From Minisyncoccota bacterium (GTDB taxonomy: Bacteria > Patescibacteriota > Minisyncoccia > Phycocordibacterales > UBA9973): a stretch of DNA of 64,000 nt. The notes under the pieces were generated by a model that was not told where the DNA came from, made no database searches, and saw nothing but the letters and a program-made list of their open reading frames with translations. The stretch is from assembly GCA_041907605.1 (NCBI GenBank), contig JAYRGZ010000014.1, forward strand, positions 5,116-69,115, in the 5' to 3' direction. Positions 60,911 to 64,000 of this stretch are shown piece after piece (within the stretch, counting starts at the first letter, position 1; each line of letters opens with the position of its first letter). Made by a program: the position numbers and the translations under genes.

Positions 60911-62260
60911 TTAAAACCCTTCTTCGTTTAATCTTTCATCTATTCTATTCATATCTCTTGGAAACATTGAGGCCTCGCGTATATTTTTTAATTCAAGTAT
61001 CTGCATAGTTATCCTTTCGGCCCCTAAAGCAAATCCCCCTTCAGGTGGAACACCATATTTAAATGCTTCTAGAAACATATTTATTTTTGATGGATCCATT
61101 TTCCATGTCTTAACGTGATCGAGTAGTTGATTATAATCGTTTACTCTTCTACCACCGGATAACCATTCTACTCCTCTGCACAATAAATCCATTCCCTGGT
61201 TAAATTCCGGTTTTTCAGGATCAGGAAATACATAAAATGGCTTTTGTCGAGTTGGATAACCATATATAAAAACAAAATCAGACCCAGTCTCTTCTTTTAT
61301 TATTTCACAAATCTCTCGCTCATCTTGTGGGTTTGTATCCTTTTCTCCACGAACATCTCTTCCAGATTTTTCAAAAATTTTTTGTTGTGCTTCTGTTAAA
61401 GAAATCGTAGGGGTCTTATCAATCATTACGGGTAAAGTAGCTCCAAGTAATTTCAAATGCTCAGAATTTTTTATCTCAATTTGCTTAAGCATATATCTAA
61501 TTGTATTTTCAGCCATATCACGTACATCTGTCCATGAATCAATAAATCCCATCTCTGCGTCCAGAGAAACTATTTCAGTTAGGTGCCTAGTAGTTGACGA
61601 AGGTTCTGCACGAAATACTTTATTAACTGAAAAACATCTTTCAAAAGCTGACATTACAATCTGCTTATAAAGTTGTGGTGACTGAGTTAAATATGCCTTC
61701 TTATCAAAATATCCTATTTGAAATACTTCGGCTCCACCTTCTGCAGTAGCTGGAGTAATAGAAGGTGCTTGAAATTCAAAAAACATATTTTGTTTCATAA
61801 ATTCACGAAATGAATCTATCACAGTTTCTTGCACTTTAAATACAGCTTGGACTTTTGATTGCCTAAGAACAAGAGATCGATTATCTAATTCAGTAGTTAA
61901 TTCCAGGTTGTATCCTTCGTTTGATAGATCAAATGGTAGAGGTGCAGCTTTAGAAAGTACCTCAATACTTAAAATCTCAAGTTCAATATCTCCGTTTAGT
62001 ACTCCCTCTTTTATGTTGCGCTCTGGACGCTTGTTTACTAGTCCATTTATCTTTAGCACCCATTCATTACGCACCTCTTTAGCAGCCTCTATCGCCTCTA
62101 TATGGCTTGGCAGCACAACACATTGCACCTTTCCAGACATGTCTCGTATATCCATGAAAACCATCTTTCCTTGGTCACGACGCACATCCACCCATCCAGC
62201 AATTGTGGTCTCAGTACCTATTTTTTGGTTTAAATCTTTTATATATGTTCGGTTTTGCAT
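60911..62260 (-). CDS. aspS: Aspartate--tRNA ligase, short non-discriminating (archaeal-like) type
   Basis: OB-fold GWV..RRD, EGGAEVF, QSPQLYKQ, FRAE, SGGRR, YGVPPEGG..LGAER, FPRD. Confidence 0.92.
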   Translation of the reverse strand: MQNRTYIKDLNQKIGTETTIAGWVDVRRDQGKMVFMDIRDMSGKVQCVVLPSHIEAIEAAKEVRNEWVLKINGLVNKRPERNIKEGVLNGDIELEILSIEVLSKAAPLPFDLSNEGYNLELTTELDNRSLVLRQSKVQAVFKVQETVIDSFREFMKQNMFFEFQAPSITPATAEGGAEVFQIGYFDKKAYLTQSPQLYKQIVMSAFERCFSVNKVFRAEPSSTTRHLTEIVSLDAEMGFIDSWTDVRDMAENTIRYMLKQIEIKNSEHLKLLGATLPVMIDKTPTISLTEAQQKIFEKSGRDVRGEKDTNPQDEREICEIIKEETGSDFVFIYGYPTRQKPFYVFPDPEKPEFNQGMDLLCRGVEWLSGGRRVNDYNQLLDHVKTWKMDPSKINMFLEAFKYGVPPEGGFALGAERITMQILELKNIREASMFPRDMNRIDERLNEEGF

Positions 62261-62297
62261 GTATACGATACTACAATAAATTTACAATATTAGGAAA

Positions 62298-62525
62298 CTA
62301 GTGGGCGCTCTCAAGCATCATTTCGTACGGTACTGAAAGTACTGTCACTACTAGCCAAAGTGGAAAAATCAAAATTCTTACTAGCCAATAATCAACTGGA
62401 TTTGTTTGCCTTTTGCCTTGATACATTGCTGACACTTTTAGGAACAACAAGTTAAGTGGCAAATAAATTGCGCCAATAACTACGCAAAGAAAAAGTTTAA
62501 TTAGATGGAAAATAAATTCAAACAT
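62298..62525 (-). CDS. Small membrane protein
   Basis: 75-aa hydrophobic ORF coupled to trpS stop. Confidence 0.65.
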   Translation of the reverse strand: MFEFIFHLIKLFLCVVIGAIYLPLNLLFLKVSAMYQGKRQTNPVDYWLVRILIFPLWLVVTVLSVPYEMMLESAH

Positions 62526-62526
62526 T

Positions 62527-63540
62527 TTAGAAATAATTTATTTGGATTGCTTCTTTTACCTTTCGGAGTGTTTCCTCAGCCATTTTATTGGCTTCCGCTG
62601 TACCGTCTCTTAAAATATCCATAACTTTCTTAGGGTCTTGTGCTAGATATTCTCTGCGCTCGCGAATCGGAGCAATGATGTCTTGCAATATTTGTGTAAG
62701 GCGCTTTTTTATAACGGTGTCTCCTAACCCACCTTTTTTGTATTGTTCTTTTAACTCTTCTAATCCCTTCTTGTCATTATCAAAAATATCTAGGTAGCTG
62801 AAAACTACATTACCCTCTACTTTTCCTGGATCTTGTACATGAATATGATCAGGGTCTGTAAACATAGCGTTCACTTTCTCTTCTATTACCTCATTACTAT
62901 CTGATAGGTAAATTGCATTGTTTAATGATTTAGACATTTTCGCTTTACCATCCACCCCAGGCAGTCTTCCTGTTTCAGATACCACAGCTTCTATTTTTGA
63001 AAAAACTTCTCCATATAAAGAATTAAACTTCTGAACTATTTCATTTGCTTGTTCAATCATTGGTAACTGATCAGCACCTACCGGCACACGATTGGCATTA
63101 ACAAACAAAATATCTGCTGCTTGAGATATTGGATACATTAGAAATCCCGCTGGTACTTCTTCACCAAAACCCTTTTGCTTCATTTCATCTTTTACTGTGG
63201 GATTACGTTTTAATCGCGCGAGGGTTACCAAGTTTAGAAATAGAACCGTAAGTTCTGCAATTCCCGGAACTTGCGATTGAATGAAAAAAGTTGTTTTTGT
63301 AGGATCAACACCACATGCTAGATTATCTAGTGCTACTTCAAGAACGTTACTTCTAACTTTGGCAGGATTATCAGCATTGTCAGTGAGTGCCTGAATATCA
63401 GCAATCATGTACCAGGACTTGTCTGCTTCACCCTGTAGATTTATACGATTCTGTATAGAGCCTATATAGTGGCCCAAATGAAGTCTACCTGTCGGTCTGT
63501 CCCCTGTAAGTACTATCTTTTTGATTTCTTTTTGTGACAT
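62527..63540 (-). CDS. trpS: Tryptophan--tRNA ligase
   Basis: TGDRPTGRLHLGH, QAADI, VPVGADQ, KMSKS. Confidence 0.96.
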   Translation of the reverse strand: MSQKEIKKIVLTGDRPTGRLHLGHYIGSIQNRINLQGEADKSWYMIADIQALTDNADNPAKVRSNVLEVALDNLACGVDPTKTTFFIQSQVPGIAELTVLFLNLVTLARLKRNPTVKDEMKQKGFGEEVPAGFLMYPISQAADILFVNANRVPVGADQLPMIEQANEIVQKFNSLYGEVFSKIEAVVSETGRLPGVDGKAKMSKSLNNAIYLSDSNEVIEEKVNAMFTDPDHIHVQDPGKVEGNVVFSYLDIFDNDKKGLEELKEQYKKGGLGDTVIKKRLTQILQDIIAPIRERREYLAQDPKKVMDILRDGTAEANKMAEETLRKVKEAIQINYF

Positions 63541-63674
63541 AAGACTATTCTACCAAAATAGATACTATCCTCAAATACATCCGAATCAGGCTCTTATAAC
63601 TATACACAGGATAGCCACAGGTTTTTTAGAGAGTATATCTTAATGTTTTATAGAGGCATGCTACAATCCGGGAT

Positions 63675-64000
63675 ATGGCAAAAGAGAAATTACGAGTTCC
63701 ACCACAAAGTATTGAATCCGAGCAAGCAGTACTCGGCTCTATTATGCTTCGCCCACAAGCACTTTATGAAATTGAGGACTTGCTTACACAGGATATGTTT
63801 TATGCAGAAAAACATAAAATTATTTTCAAGGCAATTCGTGAACTTGGTTTAAAACATGAACCTATAGATTTGATTTCCCTCTCACACAAACTCCAAGAAA
63901 TGAAATTGATCGATAGTATTGGCGGTACAAGCTACCTCACAGAACTTGTAAACACCGTCCCAGCTTCAACCAATGTCAAACACTATGCTGATATCGTAAA
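63675..64000 (+). CDS. dnaB: Replicative helicase DnaB, 5' part (runs off window)
   Basis: MAKEKLRVPPQSIESEQAVLGSIML...FYAEKHKIIF...PIDL...GGTSYLTEL. Confidence 0.93.
   Translation, partial: MAKEKLRVPPQSIESEQAVLGSIMLRPQALYEIEDLLTQDMFYAEKHKIIFKAIRELGLKHEPIDLISLSHKLQEMKLIDSIGGTSYLTELVNTVPASTNVKHYADIV

Noticed and set aside
63643-63852. 69-aa ORF in the track
   Set aside because: Out-of-frame overlap with the dnaB reading frame starting at 63675

Overview
Gene-dense, AT-rich bacterial chromosome segment read with genetic code 11. Gene content and order suggest Patescibacteria/CPR, probably Parcubacteria (inference). Contents include the rpsI 3' end, grpE/dnaK, a LexA/UmuD-like plus Y-family polymerase pair with a visible operator, SAM-I riboswitch plus metK, a glycolysis/pentose-phosphate cluster, tRNA-Ile(GAU), a complete F-type ATP synthase operon, a reduced dcw cluster with scpAB, aspS/trpS and the dnaB 5' end. 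No CRISPR array, rRNA, transposase or prophage was seen. The most interesting region is about 57.9-62.3 kb. A YerC/TrpR-like repressor has two tandem operators, and its own 3' end (the only His-His codons in the protein) overlaps a classic attenuator layout. It is followed by two unannotated micropeptide ORFs, one ending in Asn before a terminator, and a 252-aa orphan. These face an aspS-HIT(MccH-like)-S66(MccF family) operon, which pairs the microcin C target with two enzyme families known to give microcin C immunity. All homology calls are from motif recognition by eye; no database searches were run.
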